Shown here piece by piece: positions 62,101 through 64,000 of a stretch of 64,000 nt of DNA. How positions within the stretch are numbered: position 1 is the stretch's first letter; every line of letters begins with the position of its first letter. The notes under the pieces are model-generated. The model saw only the letters and a program-made list of their open reading frames with translations. It did no database searches and was not told the DNA's origin. A program made the translations under genes and the position numbers. Where the stretch lies: the NCBI RefSeq assembly GCF_009914755.1, contig NC_060943.1; one strand, written 5' to 3'. This DNA comes from the human T2T-CHM13v2.0 reference genome, Homo sapiens.

Positions 62101-64000
62101 TGAAAAACTCTTTTATCGAATCTGCAAGTAGACATTTGGAGTGCTTTGAGGGCTGTGGTGCAAAAGGAAATGTCTTCCCATAGAAACTAGACTGAAGCCT
62201 TCTCAGCAACTTCTTTGTGACGTTTGCATTCATCTCACAGTGTTGAACATGCCTTTCCCTAGAGTAGTTTTGAAACACTATTTTTGTAGAATCTGCAAGT
62301 GGACATTTGGACTGCTTTGAGGCCTTCATCGGAAACGGGAATATCTTCACATAAACACTAGACAGAAGCATTCTCAGAAACTTCTTTGTGATCTGTCCAT
62401 TCAACTCACAGAGTTGAACCCTCCTTTTTATGGAGCAGTTTTGAAACACTGTTTTTGGAGAATCTGCAAGTGGATATTTGGAGCGCTTTGAGGCCTATGG
62501 TAGAAAAAGAAATATCTGCCCCTAAAAACTAGACAGAAGCATTCTGAGAAACTTCTTTGTGATGGTTGCATGCAACTACAAGAGTTGAACCTTCCTTTTG
62601 ATAGGGCAGTTTGGAAACACTCTTTTTGTAGAATCTGCATGTGGATATCTGGAGCGATTTGAGGCCTATGGTCAAAAAGGAAATATTTTCCTGGGAAAAA
62701 TAGACGAAAGCATTCTCAGAAACTGCTTTGTGATATGTGCATTCGACTCAGCGAGTTGAAACTTTTTTTTGATAGAGCAGTTTTGAAACACTCTGTAGAA
62801 TCTGAAAGTGGATATTTGGAGCTCTTTGAGGGCTATGGCGGAAAAGAAATTATATTCACATGAAACTAGACAGCGGCATTCTCAGAAACTTCTTTAGGAT
62901 GTTTGCAGTAAACTCACAGAGTGGAACCTACCTTTCCGTAGAGCAGTTTTGAAACACTCTGTTTGTGGGATCCGCAAGTGGATATTTGGACCGCTTTGAG
63001 ACCTTTGCTGGAAATGGGAATATCTTCACATATAAACTAGACAGAAGCATTCTCAGAAACTTCTTCGTCACGTGTGCATTCTACTCCCAGCTTTGAATCT
63101 TCCTTCTCATGAAGCAGTTTTGAAAGACTCTATTTGTGCAATCTACAATTGGATAATTGGAACGCTTTGATGCCCATGGTAGAGAAGGAAATATCCTCAT
63201 ATAAAAACTAGACAGAAGGATTCACAGAAAATGCTTTGTGATGTGTGCATTCAAATCACGGAGTTGAATCTTTCTTTTGTTAGAGCAGTTTTGAAACACT
63301 GTTTCTGTGGAATCTCCCAGGGGACACTTGGAGCGCTTTGAGGGCTACGGTGGAGAAGGAAATATCTTCTCATAAAAACTAGAAAGAAGCATTCTCGGAA
63401 ACATTTATGTGAAGCGTGCATTCAACTCACAGAGTTGAACCTTCCTTTTGATGGAACAGTTTTGAAACACTCTTTTGAACAATTGCAGGTGAATCTTTGG
63501 AGCGCTTTGAAGCCTTTGTTGGAAATGGGAATATCTTCACACACAAACTAGCCAGAAGCATTCTCAGAAACTTCTTTGTGATGTGTGCGTTTAACCCAGG
63601 GAGATGAACCTTTCCTTTGATAGAGCAGTTTTGAAACGTGTTTTTGTAAGATCTGCAAGCGGATAATTTGCCTCGCTTTGTGTCCTTTGGTGGAAACGGG
63701 AATATCTTCTAATAAAAACTAGACAGAAATATTCTCAGAATCTTATTTGTGATGTAGGCATTCCACTAACACAGTTGAAGATTTCTTTTCATAGAGTAGT
63801 TTTGAAACACTCTTTTGGTAGAATCTGCCAGTGGATATTTGGAGCGCTTTGAGGGCTATTGTGCCAATGGAAATATCTTCCCCTGAAAACTAGACAGAAG
63901 CATTCTCAGAAACTACTTTGTGATGTTTGCATTCAACTCACAGAGTTGAACATACCTCTTCATAGAGCACTTTTGGAAACCTCTTTTTGTAGAATCTGCA
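56181..64000 (+). repeat. 13-mer layer D (about 3.5 units)
   Basis: Shared variants: agaaattata, cacatgaa, cagcggcattc, gagtggaacct, cccagcttt, ccagggaga, atttgcctcg, ggactatcttcacg. Confidence 0.8.

Overview
The window is almost entirely primate alpha satellite (~171-bp monomers, all in one orientation). An embedded L1HS-Ta element indicates it is human. Positions 1-7879 hold a 17-monomer higher-order repeat (HOR; period 2895/2896 bp), whose third copy is cut down to a 10-mer. At 7879-7883 an out-of-register junction with a small fold-back templated insertion joins it to a related 13-monomer HOR (period 2214 bp) that runs to the end of the window. The 13-mer forms four sequence layers (A-D) and includes four 10-mer deletion variants (1703 bp). 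One 2.4-kb 5'-truncated, 5'-inverted (twin-primed) L1HS-Ta0 inserted into the 13-mer with a 14-bp target-site duplication (TSD). It was later duplicated together with exactly one HOR, giving two L1 copies 4631 bp apart. I found only one intact CENP-B box in 64 kb, so this is probably an inactive pericentromeric HOR array. The 13-mer/17-mer pairing suggests SF5 of chr19 or its chr5 relative, recalled from memory and not verified. There are no genes, RNA genes or CRISPR arrays, and the short ORFs are satellite artefacts. All variant counts were made by eye.
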